A stretch of DNA of 64,000 nt from Longimicrobiales bacterium (GCA_028823235.1 JAPKBW010000001.1:142405-206404), one strand, 5' to 3'; positions 1-9,663 are shown, counted from the first letter of the stretch. Translations and numbers: made by a program. The notes: generated by a model from the sequence alone, not told the origin.

Positions 1-438
1 ATCGTATTCAGTCGACTCGTGCTCGGCGTGCGACCCGGCCTGGCAACGATCTGCAACATGCTGACGGTGGGGCCCTGGATCGACCTGATGCGCGAAGTCT
101 CGTGGTTTCCTACGGCCCCGACCTACGCCCTCGGAATCGTGCAGTTCGTCGGTGGGATTCTCGTGCTGGGGCTCGCAACTGCCGTCTACATCGGAGCCCG
201 GCTCGGGGCAGGCCCGCGAGACGGCCTCGTCATGGGGCTCTCGCGGAAGATCGACCGGAGCCTACGAATGACGAGGAACTCCGTTGAGATCACCGTGCTG
301 ATCGTGGCCGCGCTGCTGGGGGGCTCAATTGGACTGGGGACAGTCCTGTTCGCCGGACTGATCGGCCCGACCATGCAGGTCGGTCTAAAGATTTTCTCGG
401 TCTCCCATGATCCTTCTCCCGACCGATCGCCCGCCTGA
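1..438 (+). CDS. YczE/YitT-like integral membrane protein, 3' part (gene runs off the left edge)
   Basis: Frame 1 is open from base 1 to TGA at 436-438. Hydrophobic helices plus GAGPRDGLVMGL and LGGSIGLGTV motifs are typical of YczE-family membrane proteins. Confidence 0.55.
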   Translation: MVFSRLVLGVRPGLATICNMLTVGPWIDLMREVSWFPTAPTYALGIVQFVGGILVLGLATAVYIGARLGAGPRDGLVMGLSRKIDRSLRMTRNSVEITVLIVAALLGGSIGLGTVLFAGLIGPTMQVGLKIFSVSHDPSPDRSPA

Positions 439-443
439 CGTCA

Positions 444-1469
444 CTACATGCCGAGATCTTCGAAGCGATCGTTCCCAATGCGGTAGCTACGCCAGTCTTG
501 GTAGTCAAAGTGCCACCACTCAATCTCATACACCGCGAAGTCCTGCGCCTCCATCGCCTGTCTGAGTAGCTCTCGATGCCATCGCTGGCGGGTCGTACCG
601 CCCGGGTAATCAGGGAAGGAGCGCGGTGACATCTCATCGTATCCACCGGCCATCTCGATCGGCAGGCCCGTAGCCAGATCGTACAGCGTGAGATCCACCG
701 CACATCCCCGGTTGTGCCGCGACCCGCTCTCCGGATTGGCGACAAAGATCTTGAGGTCCTCCGGCGTCGCGTCCCAGAACATTTTCGTCACATACCACGG
801 TCGGTATCCGTCGTGGATCAGCAACCCATAACCCCGCTCGCCGAGCCAGTCATGAGCTCGCTCGAGCGCCTCCGCAGCTGGACGTTGGAGGAACGCTCGC
901 GGTTCTGAGTAGAAGACCTCACCCATGAAGTTGTTCGTCGAGGCGTAGCGCACGTCGAGGGAGATCGTGGGATCCAGGGAAACAAGCTCGACCAGATCAG
1001 AGTCTCGGAACGCTCCGTCTTCGACGGGCGGACTCGCTGCGAGTGCCTCCGCCCTTAGCTCCTCCGGATTGCGCACAGGGGTGATCTGGAAAGTGCCCCC
1101 GTCCTCGGCACCCAGAGAGATCCGCTGAAACACACGATCCCCGAGGCTGATGCTCTCGGTGCGGCCCTGCTCCGACGTCTGGACGGTCACCACCGCCGAG
1201 CCAGGCGTTCCGAAGGTTCCGTCTGTCCTCGACTCCAGAAGAACCGCAGCCCCTTTCCAAGGGAGAAGGACGAGGCCCCCATCGTTCTCCAGAATCGACA
1301 TTGTGTCGGATCCCTCCAGATACTCGCCGATGAGGTGACGGAGGGCCTCGGAGACCGCGGGCGGCGAAACCTCATCGCCACGCGGCGGCTCAACATCGGC
1401 ACACCCGTTCAGCATGCCCCCGCTGATTGCCACAATGACGAACGGAATCGATCGGGTTCTCACTCGCAT
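444..1469 (-). CDS. Exported D-alanyl-D-alanine dipeptidase (peptidase M15D, VanX/DdpX-like) with ~150-aa N-terminal extension
   Basis: 341-aa ORF with a lipoprotein-like N-terminus (AISGGMLNGC). The C-terminal half has VanX-type motifs DVRYASTNNFMG, HDGYRPW, SRHNRGCAVDLTL and WWHFDY. Confidence 0.8.
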   Translation of the reverse strand: MRVRTRSIPFVIVAISGGMLNGCADVEPPRGDEVSPPAVSEALRHLIGEYLEGSDTMSILENDGGLVLLPWKGAAVLLESRTDGTFGTPGSAVVTVQTSEQGRTESISLGDRVFQRISLGAEDGGTFQITPVRNPEELRAEALAASPPVEDGAFRDSDLVELVSLDPTISLDVRYASTNNFMGEVFYSEPRAFLQRPAAEALERAHDWLGERGYGLLIHDGYRPWYVTKMFWDATPEDLKIFVANPESGSRHNRGCAVDLTLYDLATGLPIEMAGGYDEMSPRSFPDYPGGTTRQRWHRELLRQAMEAQDFAVYEIEWWHFDYQDWRSYRIGNDRFEDLGM

Positions 1470-1624
1470 GTCGGCCCTGCTCCATAATGTTCTCGGAAAG
1501 CGGGGCTAAAGCTTACCCCGCAGCGGCGAAGACAGAAAGCTCTCGACCCCAGGCACGTCTTGCCCTTCGCCGGGCCGGTCCGCCATTTGAGGCCCCGCTC
1601 AACGTCCCGATCTGGAAATGCCTC

Positions 1625-4600
1625 ATGCGGTCATCCGACTCTGTAACGCGACGCACCATCACAATGGGCCTCAGTCTAGGACTCGGCCTCGGTCTCGCCC
1701 TCGCGGCATCTGCCGACCTGACGGCCCCACTCTCGGCTCAGAACGTTGGCTCGGAGCAACTGACGGCCCTGCAGTTCCGCCATATCGGACCGACAGGAAA
1801 CCGGATCACATCAGTCGCCGGAGTAATCGGCGACCGATTCACCTACTACGCCGGCGCGGCTTCCGGTGGTCTCTGGAAGACCGACGACGCCGGCCTGAAC
1901 TGGCGCCCGATGTTCGATGACTATCCCGTCCACGCCATCGGCGAGATCGAAGTCGCTAGTTCCGACCCGAACATCGTATGGCTGGGCACCGGCGAGCCGT
2001 TCCTTCGTTCGAACGTTTCGATCGGGAATGGCGTCTGGAAGTCGACTGATGCGGGCGAGACATGGACGCATATGGGGCTCGATGCCACCGGGCGTATCAG
2101 CCGGATCATCGTGCACCCAACCAACCCCGACATTGTCTACGCAGCGTCTGTCGGGCACGGGTACGCACCCCAGCAGGAACGAGGCATCTATCGGACCATG
2201 GATGGAGGGCTGACGTGGGAGCACATCCTGTTCGTCGATCAAGAGACGGGAGCGAGTGACCTGGTCATGGATCCCAACAACCCCCGGATTCTTCTCGCCG
2301 GGACATGGCAGATCGCGCTGCGGACGTGGACCCGCACCTCCGGTGGGCCCGGTAGCGGTATCCATATGTCTCGTGACGGTGGCTCTACGTGGACAAGGCT
2401 CGAGGGACACGGGCTCCCCACGCGCGAGGTCGGCAAGATCGCGCTGTGCATGAGCGCGGATGATTCAGATCGTATCTATGCACTGATCGAAACGGGTGAT
2501 GGTGTGCCGTGGGCAGAGGGCGATACCGACGGCGGCGAGCTGTGGCGGTCCGACGACGGCGGCACCAACTGGCAGCTCACCAGCCACAATCGGGAGCTCG
2601 CCGGGCGAACCGCTTATTACACGCGGTGCGAGGTCGCTCCGGACAACGCGAACGAGGCCTACTTCATCGCGGCCGCGTACAGCACGTCGCTGGACGGAGG
2701 GCTGACCTCAACCGCGGCTGGCTTCCTCGAGGGTCCGAACTGGGACCACCACGACATGTGGATCGACCCGGCCAACCCCGACCGACAGGCCGTCAGCGGC
2801 GACGGTGGGATATCGATCTCGGAGAACCGAGGGGCGACCTGGTTCCGAGTCCAGCTTCCCGTCGCTCAGATGTACCACGTGACCGTGGACAACGCGGTTC
2901 CGTACAATGTGATGGGCAATCGTCAGGACGGTCCGTCGGCAAGGGGTCCATCGAACGCTCGAATGGGTGGCATGTTCGGTCCCGGAATCATCCCTCGCAG
3001 TGCGTGGATCACGGTCGGTGGCGGTGAGAGCGGATTCGCGACGCCCGATCCGACGGATCCGAACATCGTCTGGTCCAGCGCTTCGGGTGCGGGAGCAGGA
3101 GGAGGGATCGTCGTCCGCTGGGACGCCAAGACTCAGCAATACCGGGAGGTGGAGGTCTGGCCCGAAACTGCGATTGGTCATCCGGCAGACAGCGTGAAGT
3201 ACCGCTTTCAGTGGACGTTCCCACTCCTCATCTCACCGCATGACAACAACACCATTTATGTGACCAGCCAGCACGTCCATCGCACGCAGAACGGCGGACA
3301 GAGCTGGGAACTGATCAGCCCGGATCTCTCAACGAACGACCGTAGCAAGATGGGCATCAGTGGCGGGCTCACACCGGACAACATCGGAGTCGAGTACTGC
3401 TGCGTGATCTACGCCTTCGATGAGTCACCGCTCGAAGCGGGCGTGCTTTGGGCGGGCACGAACGATGGACTCGTTCAGGTGAGCCGGAACGGGGGTGATT
3501 CGTGGACCGACGTGACCGGCAACATTCCGAACCTTCCTGTGGATGGGGTCGTGAGAAGCATCGACGCTTCGCGCTACGAGGCCGGGAAGGCATACATCGC
3601 AATCGAACACCATCAGGTCGGCGACTTCGCGGCGCGCGCATACAAGACAGACGACTACGGCGACAGCTGGACTCAGATCACCTCAGGCGTCGACGACGGG
3701 GTTCTGAGTTACACGCGCAGTATCCACGAGGACCCGGTGCGACCGGGACTGCTCTACCTGGGCACGGAAGCCTCGGTGTACTTCTCGCTCGACGACGGGG
3801 ACAGCTGGCGTTCGTTGCATACCAACATGCCCCACTCACCGATGTACGGGCTCGTCGTACAAGAACACTTCAACGACCTCGTGATCGGCACGTACGGTCG
3901 CGGCTATTGGATCCTCGATGACGTGACACCACTTCAGCAGATGACGACCGAAATCGAGGCAAGCGCTGCTCACCTCTTCCGCCCACGCGCAGCGTATCGC
4001 TTCCGGCCCATTTCCGGGCAGTACGCGATGTTCGACGATCAGACCGACGGAGTGGATCCACCTTACGGTGCCTCCATCAACTACTGGATGGGAACAGACG
4101 GCGAGGGTGACGCCGAGATCGATATCTCTAACGCGGCCGGCGAAGTAGTCCGTACGCTCTCTAGCGTGGCCAGTCCCGGGGTAAATCGGGTCTGGTGGGA
4201 TCTCAATGGCGAGCCGTCGGTGCTCCCTCGACTCCGAACGAAGCCGCTGTTCGCGCAAGACATCCAGCTCGGTGAAGATCGCGAGCGTCCCTTCCCTGGT
4301 GGCGGGCCAGCAGGAGCCGGTGGGCCGCCCATTCTCCAGGCGCCGGGTACCTACACCGTCACTCTACGGGTGAATGGCGAGACGTTCACCGAGTCAATGG
4401 AGGTCAGGAAGGATCCGAACTCGGAGGGCACGCTGGCGGACATTCAGTTTCAGATCGCGATGCTGGAGGATCTTCATGCGGACGCGGACAGCGCGTCAGC
4501 GATGATTTCAAGGATCGAATCCGTACGGCGTCAGGTTCTCGACGCCCGCGACATCCTCACCGAACAGGGTGGGCAGGATGAAATCATCGCGGCCGCGACC

Positions 4601-4891
4601 GCGCTCGATCAGACTCTTATTGAAGTGGAAGAGGGCCTCTTCCAGATGCGGGCGACTGGCACGGGACAGGACGGCGTCCGCTACCCCTCACGCCTGATGG
4701 AGCGACTGGGATATCTGTTCAACACCACCTCGATCGGCGATTTCCCCCCGACGGACCAACAGGGTGAGGTTCACGTCATCCTCAAGGAACGCCTCGCTTT
4801 GATAGCGATAGCGCTTGATGCCGTCCTCGATGACGACCTGGAGGAGTTCAATCGCCTGCTCCAGTCTCTCGGTATGCAGATCGTGAGTTGA
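1625..4891 (+). CDS. Secreted BNR/Asp-box repeat protein (sortilin/VPS10-like beta-propellers)
   Basis: About ten SxDxGxTW-type Asp-boxes (TDDAGLNW, STDAGETW, TMDGGLTW, SRDGGSTW, SDDGGTNW, TQNGGQSW, SRNGGDSW, TDDYGDSW and others). Signal-like segment GLSLGLGLGLALAASA. Start set at ATG 1625; ATG 1664 is also possible, and the longest ORF starts at 1487. Confidence 0.75.
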   Translation: MRSSDSVTRRTITMGLSLGLGLGLALAASADLTAPLSAQNVGSEQLTALQFRHIGPTGNRITSVAGVIGDRFTYYAGAASGGLWKTDDAGLNWRPMFDDYPVHAIGEIEVASSDPNIVWLGTGEPFLRSNVSIGNGVWKSTDAGETWTHMGLDATGRISRIIVHPTNPDIVYAASVGHGYAPQQERGIYRTMDGGLTWEHILFVDQETGASDLVMDPNNPRILLAGTWQIALRTWTRTSGGPGSGIHMSRDGGSTWTRLEGHGLPTREVGKIALCMSADDSDRIYALIETGDGVPWAEGDTDGGELWRSDDGGTNWQLTSHNRELAGRTAYYTRCEVAPDNANEAYFIAAAYSTSLDGGLTSTAAGFLEGPNWDHHDMWIDPANPDRQAVSGDGGISISENRGATWFRVQLPVAQMYHVTVDNAVPYNVMGNRQDGPSARGPSNARMGGMFGPGIIPRSAWITVGGGESGFATPDPTDPNIVWSSASGAGAGGGIVVRWDAKTQQYREVEVWPETAIGHPADSVKYRFQWTFPLLISPHDNNTIYVTSQHVHRTQNGGQSWELISPDLSTNDRSKMGISGGLTPDNIGVEYCCVIYAFDESPLEAGVLWAGTNDGLVQVSRNGGDSWTDVTGNIPNLPVDGVVRSIDASRYEAGKAYIAIEHHQVGDFAARAYKTDDYGDSWTQITSGVDDGVLSYTRSIHEDPVRPGLLYLGTEASVYFSLDDGDSWRSLHTNMPHSPMYGLVVQEHFNDLVIGTYGRGYWILDDVTPLQQMTTEIEASAAHLFRPRAAYRFRPISGQYAMFDDQTDGVDPPYGASINYWMGTDGEGDAEIDISNAAGEVVRTLSSVASPGVNRVWWDLNGEPSVLPRLRTKPLFAQDIQLGEDRERPFPGGGPAGAGGPPILQAPGTYTVTLRVNGETFTESMEVRKDPNSEGTLADIQFQIAMLEDLHADADSASAMISRIESVRRQVLDARDILTEQGGQDEIIAAATALDQTLIEVEEGLFQMRATGTGQDGVRYPSRLMERLGYLFNTTSIGDFPPTDQQGEVHVILKERLALIAIALDAVLDDDLEEFNRLLQSLGMQIVS

Positions 4892-4910
4892 TCACCTGAC
4901 CACAGACAAA

Positions 4911-5045
4911 ATGACCCGCACCGACGACGCCGATGTACTTGTCGTCGGTGCGGGCATCTCTGGCCTCACCGCATCCCGTGAGCTCCTGAAGCTCGGGCTG
5001 ACCGTCGTGCTGCTCGAAGCGAGAGCACGGGTGGGGGGACGGCTG
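4911..5045 (+). pseudogene. Remnant of the N-terminal FAD-binding Rossmann segment of an amine-oxidase/desaturase-type flavoprotein
   Basis: DVLVVGAGISGLTASRELLKLGLTVVLLEARARVGGR is a canonical GxGxxG-...-E-...-RxGGR dinucleotide-binding start. Similarity is lost after about 45 aa, and the frame then runs open into the next gene. Confidence 0.5.
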
Positions 5046-5189
5046 GCGTCGCTCGACACTGGAGCCCGAAGGTCAGGCGACCAGCCGACGCGTGGCGTCG
5101 AACGCGGTGTGGATGGACACAGCGCCTCCATCTCATGTCATTTTTCCGATCGTGCCCGACGCCACCTAACACCTGAACCCGACCACTCG

Positions 5190-6215
5190 ATGAAAATCAC
5201 TTCGTCACGACACCTGTCGACCCTAGTGCTTTCGGTTGCCCTCTTCGCATGCGGTGGCGCCGATGGCGAGCAGTCTGAAGCGAGCTCAGGAGTCGCTTCA
5301 GCCGATACGATTTCACTCCGCTACCTCGGAGCTGCTGGATGGGAAATGGCGGCTGCAGATGGAGAAGGAACTCGCGGTCCGGTCGTGCTCGTCGATCCGT
5401 ATCTCACGCGCGCCAAGTATGGTGCCAGTTCGAGCTGGGATCCCGATGACCCACGGCCGACGTTCACGCGGACCGACACGCTGTTCAGCGACACGGAACT
5501 GATCGACGCTGAGATCCCCCGGGCCGACTACATCCTCGTCCAGCACTCGCATCCCGATCACGTGATGGACGTGCCGTACCTCGCGCACAAAACAGGTGCC
5601 GTGGTGATCGGGCACGAATCGACGATCAACATCATGCGAGCCTACGGCGTTCCTGACGGCCAGCTGATCACAGTCCGAGGTGGGGAGGACTACGACTTCG
5701 GCGATGTGTCCATTCGTGTTATTCCGAGCCTGCACAGCCCACTTGGTGACAAGCGCTACTACCAGTCAGCGTCGGTCGAGGATGGCGTCACCCGACCTCT
5801 GCGGATCAACCAGCTCGTTGAGGGAGGTTCTCTCATGTACCTCGTTCGAATCGCTGGCCACGAGGTCATGACGATGGGCTCGATGAACTTCGTCGAGAGA
5901 GAAATCGAAGGGATCCGGCCCGACATCGCCCTAGTCGGGGCTGCCCCATCTCATCTCGAAATCACCCGCTACACACCGCGGCTGCTCGAAGCGACCGGCT
6001 TCCCGGCCGTGGTGATGCCCACCCACGCCGACAATTTCCAGGCGCCGTACGGCTCCTCAATCGCTTACCGCACAGAATGGATCGAGTCATTCGCAGCAGA
6101 AGTGAGGGCGGCGGACCCTCAGGCTCAGTTAATCCTGCCGCGCCACCTAGAACCTATACGGCTCTCCATCTCGGGTCGATTTTCCGATCCAGGTCCCTAC
6201 CGGGAGAGGCGCTGA
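5190..6215 (+). CDS. MBL-fold metallo-hydrolase lipoprotein
   Basis: Own ATG at 5190 followed by a lipobox (LSVALFACGG). HxHxDH motif (VQHSHPDHVMD) and later His/Asp ligands (PSLHSP, MPTHADN). Confidence 0.75.
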   Translation: MKITSSRHLSTLVLSVALFACGGADGEQSEASSGVASADTISLRYLGAAGWEMAAADGEGTRGPVVLVDPYLTRAKYGASSSWDPDDPRPTFTRTDTLFSDTELIDAEIPRADYILVQHSHPDHVMDVPYLAHKTGAVVIGHESTINIMRAYGVPDGQLITVRGGEDYDFGDVSIRVIPSLHSPLGDKRYYQSASVEDGVTRPLRINQLVEGGSLMYLVRIAGHEVMTMGSMNFVEREIEGIRPDIALVGAAPSHLEITRYTPRLLEATGFPAVVMPTHADNFQAPYGSSIAYRTEWIESFAAEVRAADPQAQLILPRHLEPIRLSISGRFSDPGPYRERR

Positions 6216-6454
6216 ATCGCCTGGCCGGAGCGTAGCACAGCCCCGGAGTCCATCGTCCTCGCCCGCAACGTCGGCGAAAAAGTAGCGACAGCACCAGCGG
6301 CCAGGAGTGCCCCAGACGCAATGAGCAGGTTCACGGAGTCGGTCGGGTCGACGCCGAACAGAATCCTGCCCGAGTGGTCACTGGTCCGCGTGCCGTAACG
6401 TCTGTGCGCACCACAAAGCGTACCGCAGATAGCAGCGGACTGGGATTTCGCCAA
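6197..6454 (-). pseudogene. Degraded C-terminal remnant of an FtsX-domain (MacB/ADOP-like) ABC permease
   Basis: ILFGVDPTDSVNLLIASGALLAAGAVATFSPTLRARTMDSGAVLRS matches the last TM helix and tail of FtsX permeases (LFGV.P.DP...A.R..R.DP..ALR). Compare the better-preserved remnant at 18320-18703. No upstream permease body is present. Confidence 0.45.
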
Positions 6455-6561
6455 GCGGCACCGGGGGCATAGCTTCTGTCTCTAATCGACAGGAACAGTT
6501 TGTAACTTCTCTTGATTAACCAGAGCTAGAGGGATTGCTACCCTCGTCAGCCTTCACGCCC

Positions 6562-6602
6562 AAGATCGATCTTCTATGCACCAATCAAGATCGTGATCAA
6601 GG
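6562..6602. repeat. 12-bp perfect palindrome AAGATCGATCTT, followed by a CAAGATCG direct repeat and GATCAAG
   Basis: Read directly at 6562-6573, 6586-6593 and 6595-6601, inside a visibly AT-richer intergenic stretch (about 6470-6660). Confidence 0.4.
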
Positions 6603-6667
6603 CGATGCAGGAAGTCGAAGAGGAACCTGGGGCGTCGAGACGGACCGGACTGCCGAAAAGGATTTGA

Positions 6668-6892
6668 ATGGTAGACGATCAGACGCGGGTTATCGGGGTT
6701 GATGTAGCGCGCGCCGCTGCAGTGTTCGGCATGGTGGTGGTCAACTTCAAGACCGTCATGGTTGTCGAATCTGCTGGGCCCGACTGGCTGGTGTGGATGA
6801 CAGGGCTACTCGACGGACGGGCCGCCGCAACGTTCGTTGTGCTGGCAGGCGTAGGCATCTCCCTCCACCATATCGATTCCCACCGATGCTAA
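6668..6892 (+). pseudogene. Truncated N-terminus of a YeiB/DUF418-type membrane protein
   Basis: The 74-aa ORF VIGVDVARAAAVFGMVVVNF...GRAAATFVVLAGVGISL matches the first two TM helices of about 400-aa YeiB-like proteins. It stops where the DUF305 gene begins. Confidence 0.45.
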
Positions 6893-7569
6893 GTAATCGG
6901 AAACACCTGGTCGTCGCGATACTGCTCAGCCCGCTGGGAGCAGGGGCCTGCGCTAGTAGCGGCGGAACGCCGGAGCCATCGAGTTCGGCCGCGCCGGACT
7001 CCACCCTCGCTCGCCTGGAAGCTCTCTACCACGCCCGGGCAGACAGTGCGTTGATGGAGGTCAACGAGGCGGATGTGGCGTTCATGACCGGAATGATCCA
7101 CCACCATTCTCAAGCGTTGGTGATGTCCGCGCTCGCTCCGACCAATGGGGCAAGTGAAGCTGTGCTGCGACTGACCTCCCGGATCACCAATGCGCAGACC
7201 GACGAGATCAGCGTGATGCGACGCTGGCTCACCGACCGTGGGCGCCCCGCCCCAGAAATCGGCCAGGGTAGCCTCATGATGATCACGGGTGCCGACCACA
7301 GTATGTACATGCCGGGAATGCTCTCGCAGCAGCAGCTTGGCGATCTGGCGGTCGCTCAGGGCACGGAGTACGACCGTCTTTTTCTCACCTACATGATCCA
7401 GCACCACAACGGCGCAGTCGAGATGGTCCACGATCTTTTCGCCAGCGATGGCGCCGCCCAGGACGAGTTCGTCTTCAAGCTCGCCTCTGACATTCAGGTC
7501 GATCAAACGACGGAGGTGGCCCGCATGCAGCAGATGCTGGACGCCATCCGCAACGATCCCAACAGCTGA
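6886..7569 (+). CDS. DUF305 domain lipoprotein (His-rich four-helix-bundle family)
   Basis: ATG at 6886 with lipobox LGAGAC. Two DUF305-type repeats, FMTGMIHHHSQAL and FLTYMIQHHNGAV. Confidence 0.8.
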   Translation: MLSNRKHLVVAILLSPLGAGACASSGGTPEPSSSAAPDSTLARLEALYHARADSALMEVNEADVAFMTGMIHHHSQALVMSALAPTNGASEAVLRLTSRITNAQTDEISVMRRWLTDRGRPAPEIGQGSLMMITGADHSMYMPGMLSQQQLGDLAVAQGTEYDRLFLTYMIQHHNGAVEMVHDLFASDGAAQDEFVFKLASDIQVDQTTEVARMQQMLDAIRNDPNS

Positions 7570-7603
7570 CCACAACATCCTCATTCAAAGGGACAACCGA
7601 AAA

Positions 7604-9616
7604 ATGAATCCGACTGATTCACCGCGGCACGCCACAAGGGGTCTGCTAGCGCTCTCCCTCATCGGGCTGATCACGCTTGGCGCGTGTAGCGGGCCCTCGT
7701 CGATCTCCTCGGGGTCGGCCGGCATCTCGCCCACCATGGCGCGCCAGCCTTTTTCCATGACGGCACCAAGCCCGGACCCACGGATCGGCCTAGGAGCCGG
7801 GCTGTTCAACGCCGAAGAGGCCGTCTGGAACTTGAACGTCGTGTCCAAGACACCACCGCCCGAGCGCTTCATTGGGGCGACCAACTCGGACCTCGCGTTC
7901 AAGGACAACTACGCGATCCAGGGCAACTACGACGGCGTCCAGATCTGGGACATCTCCAATCCGAGCGCACCGACGACGGTGATTACGTTCGTCTGCCCGG
8001 CGTCCCAGAGCGACGTGTCCGTGTTCGGTGACCTGCTCTTCGTATCCGGCGAGGGCATGACCGGTCGACTCGACTGTGGTGAGCAGGGCGTGTCGGAGGC
8101 CGTCAGCCACGAACGCCTGCGCGGTATTCGAATCTTCGACATCACGGATATACGGAACCCGCAGCACGTTACGAACGTCCAGACCTGCCGAGGCTCGCAC
8201 ACGCACACCGTGCTCGAAGACCCCGATGATCATGACAACGTGTACATCTACGTGTCTGGTTCGGCACCCGTGCGACCCTCTGAAGAACTGGCTGGCTGCT
8301 CGGACGCGCTCCCGAACGACGATCCGGACTCGGCACTGTTCCGCATCGAAGTCATTCGTGTGCCGCTCGCTCGTCCTCAGGACGCGGCCATTGTCAGCTC
8401 ACCCCGCATCTTCAACGATCTGGCAGCACCGCCGACCCACGGTCCGGCGCCGGACGACCTGGCTGCTATCGCCGAAGCAGAAGCATCCGGTGCGTTCATC
8501 GCCGACTTCGGCGGACAGGCGATGGCACTGCCGCCTCAATTCACCTCACCGATTCTCGACAGCATAATGACCGCCCGCGGCGGCTCAACCGTCACGGCCG
8601 CAGATAGTGCAGCGCTGCGCGGATACATCCCGACGATGGTCGCCGTCATGATGGGCGGAGGTGCAGGCGAAGACCGTGAAGAGATGGGCCCGACCCAGTG
8701 CCACGACATCACCGTCTATCCAGCGATTGGCCTGGCCGGCGGCGCATGCGAAGGGTATGGCCTCCTTCTCGACATCAGCGATCCGGTTGACCCGACGAGA
8801 CTGGCAGCCGTCGCAGATTCCAACTTCTCGTATTGGCACTCGGCGACGTTCAACAATGACGGAAGCCAGATCCTCTTCACCGACGAGTGGGGCGGTGGTG
8901 GTGGTCCGAAGTGCCGCGCCACCGACCCGGTGGAGTGGGGCGCGAATGCCATCTTCTCGCTCGACGGCCAGACGATGGACTTCAAGAGCTACTACAAGCT
9001 CCCCGCGGCCCAGACATCGTTCGAGAACTGCGTGGCGCACAACGGATCACTGATCCCGATTCCAGGCCGGGACATCATGGTGCAGTCCTGGTATCAGGGC
9101 GGCATTTCCATTTTCGACTGGACCGACCCGAGCAACCCGGTGGAACTCGCATTTCATGACCGCGGGCCGTCCGACGCCAACACGATGGGTCCAGGCGGAA
9201 GCTGGTCCGTATATTGGTACAACGGTCTGTTGGTGAGCTCGGAAATTTCCCGAGGGCTCGACATTTTCGAGCTTACGCCGAGCGCGGGACTTTCTCAGAA
9301 TGAGATCGATGCCGCGAACTCGGTTCGGCTCGACCACCTGAATTCCCAAGGTCAGCCCCAGTACGTATGGCCGCACACGTTCTCGCTGGCGCGGGCGTAC
9401 GTTGATCAACTTGAGCGTTCACGAGCGGTCTCCTCTGCATGGGTCACAGAGGTACGAGCCGCGCTGACCGCTGCCGAGGCGACCTCGGGGTCAGCGAGAC
9501 GGTCCGCTCTGTCGGGTCTGGCCGACACTATCGAAGGGCAAGCATCCGAATCGGCGGACGCCGAGCGGGTTCACATGCTCGCACGTGCGGTCGAGGGACT
9601 GGCTGGCGAAAGCTGA
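7604..9616 (+). CDS. LVIVD-repeat beta-propeller lipoprotein
   Basis: ATG at 7604 with lipobox ITLGACSG. Repeated units of the LVIVD type (GVQIWDISNPSAP, GIRIFDITDIRNPQ, GLLLDISDPVDP, GISIFDWTDPSNP, GLDIFEL). Confidence 0.7.
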   Translation: MNPTDSPRHATRGLLALSLIGLITLGACSGPSSISSGSAGISPTMARQPFSMTAPSPDPRIGLGAGLFNAEEAVWNLNVVSKTPPPERFIGATNSDLAFKDNYAIQGNYDGVQIWDISNPSAPTTVITFVCPASQSDVSVFGDLLFVSGEGMTGRLDCGEQGVSEAVSHERLRGIRIFDITDIRNPQHVTNVQTCRGSHTHTVLEDPDDHDNVYIYVSGSAPVRPSEELAGCSDALPNDDPDSALFRIEVIRVPLARPQDAAIVSSPRIFNDLAAPPTHGPAPDDLAAIAEAEASGAFIADFGGQAMALPPQFTSPILDSIMTARGGSTVTAADSAALRGYIPTMVAVMMGGGAGEDREEMGPTQCHDITVYPAIGLAGGACEGYGLLLDISDPVDPTRLAAVADSNFSYWHSATFNNDGSQILFTDEWGGGGGPKCRATDPVEWGANAIFSLDGQTMDFKSYYKLPAAQTSFENCVAHNGSLIPIPGRDIMVQSWYQGGISIFDWTDPSNPVELAFHDRGPSDANTMGPGGSWSVYWYNGLLVSSEISRGLDIFELTPSAGLSQNEIDAANSVRLDHLNSQGQPQYVWPHTFSLARAYVDQLERSRAVSSAWVTEVRAALTAAEATSGSARRSALSGLADTIEGQASESADAERVHMLARAVEGLAGES

Positions 9617-9623
9617 TATGCGA

Positions 9624-9663
9624 CTGGGAGTGGGTGGGGTCGCACTCACCCACTTCCAGTTTC
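9624..9663 (+). terminator. Possible intrinsic terminator between convergent genes
   Basis: 13-bp stem CTGGGAGTGGGTG / CACCCACTTCCAG (one G:U pair), followed by TTTC. The T-tract is weak. Confidence 0.35.

Noticed and set aside
4911-6215. Single 434-aa flavoprotein-MBL fusion protein
   Set aside because: An internal ATG is followed by a complete lipoprotein signal, and similarity to flavoproteins is lost after ~45 aa. This indicates two entities (a remnant plus an MBL gene), not a fusion.
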